Source: Parasulfuritortus sp.
Lineage (GTDB): Bacteria > Pseudomonadota > Gammaproteobacteria > Burkholderiales > Thiobacillaceae
Direction of reading: 5' to 3'
DNA length: 64,000 bases
Assembly: GCA_036391875.1 (NCBI GenBank)
Contig: DASVZA010000024.1
Location: 38,003 to 102,002 of the forward strand
How positions within the stretch are numbered: position 1 is the first letter of the stretch; each line of letters opens with the position of its first letter. Shown here in pieces: positions 36,824 to 45,818 of this stretch. The notes beneath the pieces were generated by a model that was not told the DNA's origin, made no database searches, and saw only the letters and a list, made by a program, of their open reading frames with translations. Both the position numbers and the translations under genes were made by a program.

Positions 36824-38209
36824 ATGACCGGCAAATTCAAACAATTCGGACTCATCGGCCTTGGAGCCGCGCTCGGCGTGGCGCTGACCCTGAACTATTC
36901 CGCCATCGCTGACCGCCAGCCGGAGCCGTTGCCCATCGATGATCTGCGCGCCTTCACCGAGGTGTTCGCCAAGGTCAAGAGCGACTATGTCGAGCCGGTC
37001 TCGGACAAGAAACTCATCGACGCAGCCATCAACGGCATGCTGTCTGGGCTGGACCCACACTCCACCTACCTCGACCCTGAAGCCTTCAAGGAGTTGCAGG
37101 TCGGCACCCAGGGCGAATTCGGCGGCCTCGGCATCGAAGTCGGCATGGAGGACGGCTTCGTCAAGGTCGTCTCTCCCATCGAGGATACCCCGGCCTACAA
37201 GGCCGGCCTGAAACCGGGGGACCTCATCGTCAAACTCGACGATACCCCGGTCAAGGGCATGACCCTCAACGATGCGGTCAACCGCATGCGCGGCAAGCCG
37301 GGCACGGAGATCACCCTGACCATCGTGCGCAAAGGCGAGAACAAACCGATCATTGCCAAGCTGACCCGCTCAGTCATCAAGATCAAGAGCGTCAAGCGTC
37401 AGCTGATCGAGCCCGGTTTCGGCTATATCCGGATCACCCAGTTCCAGGAGCATACCGGCGAAAACATGGCTGCTGCCCTGAAGTATCTGGAAGAGGCCAA
37501 CAAAGGCCCGCTCAAGGGCCTGATCCTGGACCTGCGCAATGATCCGGGCGGCTTGCTCAATACTGCGGTCGGCGTGGCCGGCGCCTTCCTCAAGCCCGGC
37601 GACCTGGTGGTCTATACCGACGGCCGCAGCGAGGATGCCAAGATGCGCCTGGTGAACGCGCCGCAGGACTATCTGCAGCGGGGCGGTTCCGATTACCTCA
37701 AGAACCTGCCCGCCTGGGTCAAGAAGGTGCCTATGGTCGTCCTGGTCAACGGCGGCTCGGCTTCGGCTTCCGAAATCGTGTCCGGCGCACTGCAGGACCA
37801 CAAGCGTGCCCTGATCGTGGGTACCCAGAGTTTCGGCAAGGGTTCGGTGCAAACCATATTGCCCCTCAACAACGGCAGCGCCATCAAGCTGACCACGGCA
37901 CGCTATTACACGCCGAGCGGTCGTTCGATCCAGAACAAGGGGATTACCCCGGATATCGTGGTGGAGGAGGCGACGGTGACGCCGGCCGATGCCGACCAGA
38001 CGCTGGAGATTCATGAGTCCGACCTGGAAAACCACCTGTCCAACAACCAGGATAAGGGTGCGGGCAAGGCTGCCAAGCCCAAGCAGGGTGACAAGGGCAA
38101 GGCGGGCGAAGAGGGGGCGGAGCCGAAGGAAATCGTGTCCAAGAAGGATTACCAGTTCAACCAGGCACTGACCCTGCTCAAAGGTGTGGCACTGCTGCAA
38201 AGCCGGTAA
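36824..38209 (+). CDS. ctpA: S41 family carboxy-terminal processing protease
   Basis: LDPHS, PDZ (GGLGIEV), DLRNDPGG, SASASEI, FGKGSVQ. Confidence 0.92.
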   Translation: MTGKFKQFGLIGLGAALGVALTLNYSAIADRQPEPLPIDDLRAFTEVFAKVKSDYVEPVSDKKLIDAAINGMLSGLDPHSTYLDPEAFKELQVGTQGEFGGLGIEVGMEDGFVKVVSPIEDTPAYKAGLKPGDLIVKLDDTPVKGMTLNDAVNRMRGKPGTEITLTIVRKGENKPIIAKLTRSVIKIKSVKRQLIEPGFGYIRITQFQEHTGENMAAALKYLEEANKGPLKGLILDLRNDPGGLLNTAVGVAGAFLKPGDLVVYTDGRSEDAKMRLVNAPQDYLQRGGSDYLKNLPAWVKKVPMVVLVNGGSASASEIVSGALQDHKRALIVGTQSFGKGSVQTILPLNNGSAIKLTTARYYTPSGRSIQNKGITPDIVVEEATVTPADADQTLEIHESDLENHLSNNQDKGAGKAAKPKQGDKGKAGEEGAEPKEIVSKKDYQFNQALTLLKGVALLQSR

Positions 38210-38215
38210 GGTGAG

Positions 38216-38971
38216 ATGGACGATAGCCAGCTCCTGCGCTATTCCCGTCACATACTGCTGGATGAAATCGGTATCGACGGCCAGGCCCGCCTGGCCGCCT
38301 CAAACGTCCTGATCGTGGGTGCCGGCGGCCTCGGCTCACCGGTTTCTCTTTATCTCGCCGCCTCTGGCGTCGGCCATATCACCCTGGTCGACGACGATGC
38401 GGTCGACCTCACCAACCTGCAGCGCCAGATTGCCCACGACACCGCCAGTCTGGGCGAGAACAAGGCCGCGTCGGCCGCGCGCCGGATGGCGGCCATGAAC
38501 CCGGAAATCGAGGTCGTGCCCTTGGCCGAGCGTTTGGCCGGGGTTGGGCTGGCGAGCCGGGTGGCCGCCGCCGATCTGGTGCTGGATTGTTCCGATAACT
38601 TCGCCACCCGCCATGCGGTCAACCGGGCCTGCGTGCAGCATCGGAAACCCTTGGTTTCCGGCGCGGCGGTGCGTTTCGACGGCCTGGTCAGCGTGTTCGA
38701 CCTGCGTGAAGATACGGCCCCCTGCTATGCCTGCCTGTTTCCGGAACAGGCCAACGAGACCGAGATGCGTTGCGCGGAGTTCGGCGTGTTTGCGCCGCTG
38801 GTCGGCGTGATCGGCGCCGTGCAGGCGGCCGAGGCCCTCAAGGTGCTGATGGGGATCGGCCAGAGCTTGTCCGGCCGTTTGCAGCTCTACAGTGCCCTGG
38901 ATGCAACCTGGCGGACGGTGCGCCTGAAAAAGGACCCGGCCTGTCAGGTTTGCAGCGTCATACGGCCATAG
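38216..38971 (+). CDS. moeB: HesA/MoeB/ThiF adenylyltransferase
   Basis: RYSRHILL, GAGGLG, NLQRQ, CYAC and CQVC Zn sites. Confidence 0.85.
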   Translation: MDDSQLLRYSRHILLDEIGIDGQARLAASNVLIVGAGGLGSPVSLYLAASGVGHITLVDDDAVDLTNLQRQIAHDTASLGENKAASAARRMAAMNPEIEVVPLAERLAGVGLASRVAAADLVLDCSDNFATRHAVNRACVQHRKPLVSGAAVRFDGLVSVFDLREDTAPCYACLFPEQANETEMRCAEFGVFAPLVGVIGAVQAAEALKVLMGIGQSLSGRLQLYSALDATWRTVRLKKDPACQVCSVIRP

Positions 38972-39557
38972 TCGGCGCCGCCAAGCAGCGCGTCAGCAAC
39001 TGCCATTGGGCCGGCCAGTTTTCCAGCGGCATGCGGCTGAAGCCGCTTTTCACGAATTGCTGCCACCGGCCCTGCACGATGGCCAGGATCAGGTTGGCCG
39101 CGACGACGGCATCCATGCCCTCGACAGTGCTTGCCTGGCTGGCGGCGATGCGCAGTGCTTGGCGCAGGCTGGCCTCGACCCGGTCCAGGAGTTGATTGAC
39201 CCGGGCCTGCAGGCGCGGGTTCTCGTTGACCAGCACCTCACCGGTCAGCACCCGGCACATGCCGCGGTTCTTTTCCACGAAACCGAGCAGAAGCTGGGCG
39301 ATGGCGCGGGCCTGGCCGAGGCCGGCGGTCTCGTCCGCCGTGATGCGGTTGATCAGGGAGAACAGGGTCGATTCGATGAATTCGATCAGGCCCTCGTACA
39401 TCTGGGCCTTGCTGGCGAAATGGCGGTACAGCGCCGCTTCCGACACTTCGAGCCGGCCGGCCAGGGCCGCTGTCGTGATCTTTTCGGCCTGGGGCGCCTC
39501 CAGCATCTCCGCCAGGACCTGGAGGATTTTCTGTTTGCGCTCACCCGGCTTGTTCAT
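38958..39557 (-). CDS. slmA: Nucleoid occlusion factor SlmA (TetR family)
   Basis: KPGERK, ITTAALA..VSEAALYRHF.SKAQMYEGLIEFIE. Confidence 0.9.
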   Translation of the reverse strand: MNKPGERKQKILQVLAEMLEAPQAEKITTAALAGRLEVSEAALYRHFASKAQMYEGLIEFIESTLFSLINRITADETAGLGQARAIAQLLLGFVEKNRGMCRVLTGEVLVNENPRLQARVNQLLDRVEASLRQALRIAASQASTVEGMDAVVAANLILAIVQGRWQQFVKSGFSRMPLENWPAQWQLLTRCLAAPTMAV

Positions 39558-40594
39558 TGCGCGGACTCGGCTACGGGATAGGGAAGAGGTCTGAACGCCA
39601 GCCGGGGTCCTTCGGGCGAGGCCAGGCGCACGTCGCCGCCCTCATAGCTGCTGATCTGCATGACGGCCAACAGGTCGTAGCCGCCGCCCGGGGCGGGTGC
39701 CGCGTTGGCGACTTGGCCGGCGCTCTGGCTGCCGAATTCGGGGCTGAACACCGGATCGCCGACCTTGGCATCGGCCTCGACGTGGGCCAGGTACATGCGC
39801 CGTTTCTGCTTGCCCAGGTACTGGGTGCGGGCCACGATCTCCTGGCCGGGGTAGCAGCCCTTGTTGAAGCTGATGCCGTGCAGGTCGGCCATGTTGGTCA
39901 TCTGCGGCACGAACTGGTCCTGGGTCTCCGGCACGATGCTGGGGATGCCGCCGTCGACCATCAGCCAGTCCCAGGCCGGCGCCCCGATCGGGCGGGCCTT
40001 GGCACTCAGCTTTTCCCAGGCTGCGGTGGCGTCGTCCGGGCTGACGAAGATATCGAAGCGGTCGCCACCCAGGCGGACAGCGAAGGCATTGTCGGCCTGG
40101 GCGACGGCCATGATTTCGGCTTGTGGCGTCAAGCCGAGCGTCTCGGTCAGCAGAGCCGTTGCGCCCGGCCCGGACAGGCCGAGCCGAATCCATTCGCCGC
40201 CGGCATTGCGAGTTTTTACCTTGGCACGCAGGATGAACATGGCCAGGCGTTTCTGGATCGAGTCGCGCACCGATTCGGGCAGCATGACCAGCAGTTCGGC
40301 GCCGCGTTTGAAGACCAGGAAGTTGGCCAGCATCCGGCCCTTGGCCGAACAATAGCCGGCGAATACCGCACGTTCCGGAGTCAGGTTGCGCAGGTCGTTG
40401 GTGACCTGGCCGTGCAGGAAAGTCTGGGCCTCTTCGCCAGCGAAACCGATCAGACCCCAATGCGACAGATCGGCGACCACCAGATGCTCTTTGGCGGAGG
40501 CCAGTTCATCTGCCGGGTTGCCGAAATCGGCCAGTTGACCGTCGACGAAGTGGGCGCCGCGACGTTGCAGAAATTCGATCCAGTTGCTGCTCAT
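39554..40594 (-). CDS. ygfZ: Folate-binding Fe-S/tRNA-modification protein YgfZ
   Basis: FLHGQVTND, KGCYPGQE signature. Confidence 0.93.
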   Translation of the reverse strand: MSSNWIEFLQRRGAHFVDGQLADFGNPADELASAKEHLVVADLSHWGLIGFAGEEAQTFLHGQVTNDLRNLTPERAVFAGYCSAKGRMLANFLVFKRGAELLVMLPESVRDSIQKRLAMFILRAKVKTRNAGGEWIRLGLSGPGATALLTETLGLTPQAEIMAVAQADNAFAVRLGGDRFDIFVSPDDATAAWEKLSAKARPIGAPAWDWLMVDGGIPSIVPETQDQFVPQMTNMADLHGISFNKGCYPGQEIVARTQYLGKQKRRMYLAHVEADAKVGDPVFSPEFGSQSAGQVANAAPAPGGGYDLLAVMQISSYEGGDVRLASPEGPRLAFRPLPYPVAESAQ

Positions 40595-40746
40595 GAGTGT
40601 ATTCAGTCGGGAAGTCGAAACAGCGGTAAGTTAATGGCCACTTCGTCATTTGACAAGCCGAATAGCGGTTGACCGTTTTGTCGGCAGGTGAATTGACGGC
40701 CTCGTCGAGGTGGTTATCATCAGGCAAACCATTCAGGAGTCAGCCT

Positions 40747-41112
40747 ATGAAACGATCGTCGATCGCCGCCGCATTGTTGTTCTTGTCATTTCAGGTTTGG
40801 GCGGATGCGCCGGTGGCGGATCGCTCGGTGGCGGCCGAGCAGGTCGAGGCCGCGCAGCTGAGGGCCGATCTGGCCTGGAAGCGCCTGGACAAGGCCAAAT
40901 ACGAGGTGACCCGGGCACAGCAGGACGTCGGCGAGGCGGAACAGGCGGATCGCCTGGCGCAGCAGCGTGCCCAGGAAACCGCGAAGCAGTTGCAGGCCGC
41001 GCGCGCGAGTCTGGCCGGGGCTCAGGAAAGGCGGAAGCAGGCCGAGGCGGACCTGCAGAATGCCTCGCCGGCGCTGGACACGCTCTGGGGCGGCAAGGCC
41101 AGGCCCCGATGA
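40747..41112 (+). CDS. Hypothetical exported Ala/Gln-rich coiled-coil protein
   Basis: AGGAG RBS, signal peptide MKRSSIAAALLFLSFQVWA, heptad-like helix. Confidence 0.65.
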   Translation: MKRSSIAAALLFLSFQVWADAPVADRSVAAEQVEAAQLRADLAWKRLDKAKYEVTRAQQDVGEAEQADRLAQQRAQETAKQLQAARASLAGAQERRKQAEADLQNASPALDTLWGGKARPR

Positions 41113-41116
41113 GATT

Positions 41117-41956
41117 TCAGAGCCGATCGGCCTGTGGCAGTCGTTCGACCACCAGCGTGTGCAGCCTGCGGCTGTCCGCCCGGGTGACGCGGAAGCGATA
41201 GCCTTTGATGGTCACGTTTTCGCCCCGCTTGGGCAGGTGGCCGAAGGCATGGGTCACCAAGCCGCCGACAGTGTCGAATTCGTCGTCGGAGAACGAGGTG
41301 CCGATGATGCTGTTGAAGTCCGCGATCTCGGTCTGGGCCTTGACCCGCCAGGTGTCGCGTTTTTCCTGGAGGATGTTGTCCTCGTCCTCGTCGTAGTCGT
41401 ACTCGTCCTCGATGTCGCCGACGATCTGCTCCAGCACGTCCTCGATGGTGACCAGGCCGGCCGCGCCGCCGTACTCGTCGACCACGATGGCGATGTGGTT
41501 GCGCGAGGAGCGGAACTCACGGAGCAGGATGTTGAGCCGCTTGGATTCCGGTACGAATACGGCCGGCCGGAGGATTTCCCGCAGGTGGACCTCCTCGTCG
41601 GTGCATAGGCGGAGCAGGTCCTTGGCCAGCAGGATGCCGACCACGTTGTCGCGGTCGCCGTCCACGGCAGGGAAGCGGGAGTGGGCGGTCTCGATGATGA
41701 AGGGCAGGAGCTTGTCGGGGCTGTCGTTGATGTCGACCACATCCACCTGGGCGCGCGGGATCATGATTTCGCGCACCTGCATCTCGGACACCTGCATGAC
41801 GCCCTCGATCATGGACAGGGCGTCCGCATCCAGCAGGTTATTGTCGTAGGCGGCATGGAGAAGCTCGAGGAGCTCCTCGCGGTTGTCCGGCTCGGGGGAG
41901 AGCCAGGCGGTCAAACGTTCTATCAGACTAGGTCGGGGACTACTGTCGTCACTCAT
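41117..41956 (-). CDS. corC: CBS-domain Mg/Co transport-associated protein CorC
   Basis: MIPRAQ, HSRFPA, VDEYGG..GLVTIEDVLEQIVG, FDTVGGL. Confidence 0.92.
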   Translation of the reverse strand: MSDDSSPRPSLIERLTAWLSPEPDNREELLELLHAAYDNNLLDADALSMIEGVMQVSEMQVREIMIPRAQVDVVDINDSPDKLLPFIIETAHSRFPAVDGDRDNVVGILLAKDLLRLCTDEEVHLREILRPAVFVPESKRLNILLREFRSSRNHIAIVVDEYGGAAGLVTIEDVLEQIVGDIEDEYDYDEDEDNILQEKRDTWRVKAQTEIADFNSIIGTSFSDDEFDTVGGLVTHAFGHLPKRGENVTIKGYRFRVTRADSRRLHTLVVERLPQADRL

Positions 41957-42417
41957 GATTCAAGGTAAGGATCGGGATAACCCATCCGCATCATAACAAA
42001 ACTTTCCAACGCTTCCATGACAGCGGCCTCGGCCTCGTCTTCATGGTCGTAGCCCTGCAGGTGGAGCATGCCGTGCACCACCAGATGGGCGTAATGGGTG
42101 TCGAGCGGCTTGTCCTGCTTGGACGCTTCCCTGGCCACGACCGGCGCACACAGCACGATGTCGCCGGTGAGCGGGCTGCCATCCAGGGTTTCGTCCGGGC
42201 CGTATTCGAAGGTGAGGACATTGGTGGCGTAGTCCTTGCCGCGGAAATCGCGGTTGAGCGTGCGGCCTTCCTCCTCGTCGACGATGCGCAGGGTCGCGAC
42301 GGCGTCATGGGCCAGGGCGGCGCGGGCCCAGCGCCGCAACTGGGCGCGGCCGGGCAGCCCCTCCTTCGCCGCGGCGTACTGGATGGCCAGCTGCAGGCTG
42401 GGCGCCACGGTCGTCAT
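41953..42417 (-). CDS. ybeY: rRNA maturation RNase YbeY
   Basis: LNRDFRGKDYATNVLTF, HGMLHLQGYDH. Confidence 0.95.
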   Translation of the reverse strand: MTTVAPSLQLAIQYAAAKEGLPGRAQLRRWARAALAHDAVATLRIVDEEEGRTLNRDFRGKDYATNVLTFEYGPDETLDGSPLTGDIVLCAPVVAREASKQDKPLDTHYAHLVVHGMLHLQGYDHEDEAEAAVMEALESFVMMRMGYPDPYLES

Positions 42418-43361
42418 TCGGCCGCCTTGTTCCAGGCGTCGTAGGCCTCGATGATCCGGGCCACCAGCGGATGGCGGACCACATCCTCATTCTGGAACTC
42501 GGTGAAGGCGATGCCGCGGATGTTCTGCAGCACCGTGCGCGCCTCGATCAGGCCGCACCTCTGGCCGCGGGCCAGGTCGATCTGGGTGACATCGCCGGTG
42601 ACCACGGTCTTGGAGCCGAAGCCGATCCGGGTCAGGAACATCTTCATCTGCTCGGGCGTGGTGTTCTGCGCCTCATCCAGGATGATGAAGGCGTGGTTCA
42701 GGGTCCGGCCGCGCATGAAGGCCAGGGGCGCGACCTCGATCACGCCCTTCTCGAACTGGCGGGTAGCCTTGTCGAAGCCCATCAGGTCATAGAGCGCGTC
42801 GTAGAGCGGGCGCAGGTAGGGGTCGACCTTCTGCACCAGGTCGCCGGGCAGGAAGCCGAGCCGTTCGCCGGCCTCGACCGCCGGCCGGACCAGGACGATG
42901 CGCTTGACCAGGTCGCGTTCCAGGGCGTCGACCGCGCCGGCCACGGCGAGATAGGTCTTGCCGGTGCCGGCCGGGCCGATGCCGAAGGTGATGTCGTGTT
43001 CCTGGATCTGCCGAATGTACTGGTTCTGCCGGGCGGTGCGGCCGTGCAGGCCGGCACGCCGGGTCATCAGCACGGGCATGTCGGCGCCGTCGGCGGATTC
43101 GCTGGCCGGCTTGTGCGCCACTTCGACCAAAGCCAGTTGGATGTCGTCGATATCGAGCGGTTTGCGGGCGCGCTGATAGAAGTCCCTGATCAGCTTGGCC
43201 GCCTGCTCGACTTGGCGGTCCGGACCGGTGACATTGAACACCTCGCCGCGGCGGGCGATGTTGACGTTGAGCGCGGTCTCGATCTGGCGCAGGTTTTCGT
43301 CCAGCGCCCCACACAGATTGGCCAGACGGTGGTTGTCGGCCTCGGGGAAAGTGACTTGCAT
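42414..43361 (-). CDS. phoH: PhoH-like ATPase
   Basis: GPAGTGKT, RPAVEAGERLGFLPGD, LDEAQN, VVRHPLV. Confidence 0.93.
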   Translation of the reverse strand: MQVTFPEADNHRLANLCGALDENLRQIETALNVNIARRGEVFNVTGPDRQVEQAAKLIRDFYQRARKPLDIDDIQLALVEVAHKPASESADGADMPVLMTRRAGLHGRTARQNQYIRQIQEHDITFGIGPAGTGKTYLAVAGAVDALERDLVKRIVLVRPAVEAGERLGFLPGDLVQKVDPYLRPLYDALYDLMGFDKATRQFEKGVIEVAPLAFMRGRTLNHAFIILDEAQNTTPEQMKMFLTRIGFGSKTVVTGDVTQIDLARGQRCGLIEARTVLQNIRGIAFTEFQNEDVVRHPLVARIIEAYDAWNKAAE

Positions 43362-43379
43362 GCGGCTTCGCTAGGTTCC

Positions 43380-44714
43380 TCAGAGTTCTGAGGTTAGCAC
43401 TTCTCCGCGCAGACTGTTCGGGTAGGCCTGGGTGATGGTCACGTCGACGAAGTGGCCGATCAGGCGCGGATGGCCGGCGAAGTTGACCACCCGGTTGTTC
43501 TCGGTACGGCCCATCAGCTCGTTCGGATCCTTCTTGGACGGGCCTTCGACCAGGATGCGCTGCACGGTGCCGACCATGGCCGCGCTGTAGGCCTTGACCT
43601 GCTTGTCGAGCTGGGCCTGCAGCCGGTACAGGCGCTGCAGCTTGGCTTCCTGCGGCGTGTCGTCCTGCAGCGAAGCGGCCGGCGTGCCGGGGCGCGGGCT
43701 GTAGACGAAGCTGAAGGAGTGATCGAAGTTGAGTTCTTCCAAGAGGCGCAGGGTGGCCTCGAAGTCGGCCTCGGTCTCGCCCGGGAAGCCGACGATGAAG
43801 TCGGTCGCCAGCGAGATGTCGGGCCGGATCTCGCGCACCTTGCGGATGATGCTCTTGTACTCCAGCACCGTATAGCCGCGCTTCATGGCCGCCAGGATGT
43901 GGTCCGAGCCGGCCTGCACCGGCAGGTGCAGGTGCGACACCAGCTTGGGCACCTTGGCGTAGGTATCGATCAGGCGCTGGGTGAACTCGCGCGGGTGGGA
44001 GGTGGTATAGCGGATGCGCTCCACGCCCGGCACCTCGGCCACCAGTTCGATCAGCAGGGCGAAGTCGGCGATGTCGCCGTCGTGCATGACGCCGCGGTAG
44101 GCGTTCACGTTCTGGCCCAGCAGGGTGATTTCCTTGACGCCTTCGGCGGCCAAGTGGGCGACTTCGGCCAGCACGTCGTCGAGCGGCCGGGAGACCTCCT
44201 CGCCGCGGGTGAAGGGCACCACGCAGTAGGTGCAGTATTTGCTGCAGCCTTCCATGATCGAGACGAAGGCGGTCGCGCCCTCCACCCGGGCGGGCGGGAT
44301 GTGGTCGAACTTCTCGATCTCGGGGAATTCGATGTCGACCTGGGGCCGGCCGGTCTGCCGGCGCTTCTCGATCAGGCCGGGCAGGCGGTGCAGGGTCTGT
44401 GGGCCGAAGACCAGGTCGACGTAGGGCGCGCGCTGGACGATGGCGGCGCCTTCCTGGCTGGCCACGCAGCCGCCGACGCCGATCACCAGATCCGGGTTGC
44501 GCTGCTTCAGGTGCTTGACCATGCCCAGGTCGGTGAAGACCTTTTCCTGAGCCTTTTCCCGGACCGAGCAGGTGTTGAACAGGATGACGTCCGCTTCCTC
44601 GGGATTGTCGGTGGCCTCGAACGGCTCGGCTGCGCCCAGCACGTCGGCCATCTTGGCCGAATCGTACTCGTTCATCTGGCAACCGAAGGTTTTGATGAAT
44701 ACTTTGCGGGTCAC
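43380..44714 (-). CDS. miaB: tRNA-i6A37 methylthiotransferase
   Basis: [24 protein letters not shown] radical SAM motif, TRAM domain. Confidence 0.97.
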   Translation of the reverse strand: MTRKVFIKTFGCQMNEYDSAKMADVLGAAEPFEATDNPEEADVILFNTCSVREKAQEKVFTDLGMVKHLKQRNPDLVIGVGGCVASQEGAAIVQRAPYVDLVFGPQTLHRLPGLIEKRRQTGRPQVDIEFPEIEKFDHIPPARVEGATAFVSIMEGCSKYCTYCVVPFTRGEEVSRPLDDVLAEVAHLAAEGVKEITLLGQNVNAYRGVMHDGDIADFALLIELVAEVPGVERIRYTTSHPREFTQRLIDTYAKVPKLVSHLHLPVQAGSDHILAAMKRGYTVLEYKSIIRKVREIRPDISLATDFIVGFPGETEADFEATLRLLEELNFDHSFSFVYSPRPGTPAASLQDDTPQEAKLQRLYRLQAQLDKQVKAYSAAMVGTVQRILVEGPSKKDPNELMGRTENNRVVNFAGHPRLIGHFVDVTITQAYPNSLRGEVLTSEL

Positions 44715-44747
44715 GGCAGGTCTGGAAGCAGGGCAGGGAAGTAAGGG

Positions 44748-44824
44748 TGGTGGTGATGGGCAGAATCGAACTGCCGACCTGAGGGTTATGAATCCTCCGC
44801 TCTAACCGACTGAGCTACATCACC
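44748..44824 (-). tRNA. tRNA-Met(CAT), probably elongator, encoded CCA
   Basis: GGTGATGTAGCTCAGTCGGTTAGAGCGGAGGATTCATAACCCTCAGGTCGGCAGTTCGATTCTGCCCATCACCACCA; paired G1-C72, anticodon CAT. Confidence 0.93.
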
Positions 44825-44888
44825 ACGCTTGGTCTCGTTTGCCGCGGCCACCTTAGCAGCAAGGTCCGCGCCTAAAAACGAGCCGCGG

Positions 44889-44917
44889 ATTATGCTTTCG
44901 TGCCCTTCTTATGTCAA
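44889..44917 (-). promoter_or_regulatory. sigma70 promoter of the tRNA-miaB unit
   Basis: TTGACA-N17-CATAAT followed by a GC-rich discriminator CCGCGG. Confidence 0.7.
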
Positions 44918-45816
44918 GAATTACAAGGGCTTGGCCGGCGGCCGCGGAGCGGGGGCAGGGTCAGCAGCGGCCAGGCGGCTGCGGCCCAGGCCCAGAACTC
45001 GTCGAGGCCGGCGAGATCGGCCGGCACCGCCAGGCCCAGGAAGCTGGCTGCCGCCCGCAGGGACGTCAAAGGATCGGCGGCGGCGACAGGGGCGGCCAGG
45101 GTCTGTTTGGACAGCTTGTCGCCGTGTTCGTCGAGCGCGACAGGGAGGTGGGCATAGCGGATCGCCGGCAGGCCCAGTGCCTGCTGCAGGACGATCTGGC
45201 GCGGCGTGGAGGTCAGCAGGTCGGCGCCCCGGACGATATGGCTGATGGCCTGCTCGGCGTCGTCGATCACCACGGCCAGTTGATAGCTGTAGACGCCATC
45301 CGCACGTAGCAGGACGAAATCGCCGCATTCAGCGGCAAGGTCGCAGGCCACCCGGCCCTGCACGGCGTCGTCGAAAACGATCCGGCCGGCGGGTATGGCA
45401 AAGCGGATCGCTGCCGGGCCGCTCGCCGTCTCGCCGGTCCGGCAGCGGCCGGGATAAACCGGGCCGTCCACGCCGCGTACGGCCATTTCCGCCAGCGTCT
45501 TGCGGCTGCAGGTGCAGCGGTAGGTCAGGCCCAGGCGCCGCAGCTCGGCCAGGGCAGCCTGGTAGGCCTCGTTCCGTCGGCTTTGGTACATGACGGGCCC
45601 GATCCAACGGAAACCGAATGCCTCCAGCGTACGCAGGATATGGTCGGCCGAGCCCGGTATCACGCGGGGTGGGTCGACATCCTCGATCCGCACCAGCCAT
45701 TCGCCGTCATTGCTGCGTGCATCCAGATAGCTGGCCATGGCCGCAACCAGCGAGCCGAAGTGCAGAGGGCCGCTCGGCGTAGGGGCGAACCGGCCGCGGT
45801 AGGGCGGGGGCGCCAT
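44914..45816 (-). CDS. gluQ: Glutamyl-Q tRNA(Asp) synthetase
   Basis: RFAPTPSGPLHFGS, CTCSRK..YPGRC, YQLAVVIDD, KLSKQ; truncated GluRS fold. Confidence 0.92.
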   Translation of the reverse strand: MAPPPYRGRFAPTPSGPLHFGSLVAAMASYLDARSNDGEWLVRIEDVDPPRVIPGSADHILRTLEAFGFRWIGPVMYQSRRNEAYQAALAELRRLGLTYRCTCSRKTLAEMAVRGVDGPVYPGRCRTGETASGPAAIRFAIPAGRIVFDDAVQGRVACDLAAECGDFVLLRADGVYSYQLAVVIDDAEQAISHIVRGADLLTSTPRQIVLQQALGLPAIRYAHLPVALDEHGDKLSKQTLAAPVAAADPLTSLRAAASFLGLAVPADLAGLDEFWAWAAAAWPLLTLPPLRGRRPSPCNS

Positions 45817-45818
45817 GG

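Noticed and set aside
44748-44824. tRNA as an integration site for an island
   Set aside because: No integrase or duplicated tRNA 3' end; miaB follows directly
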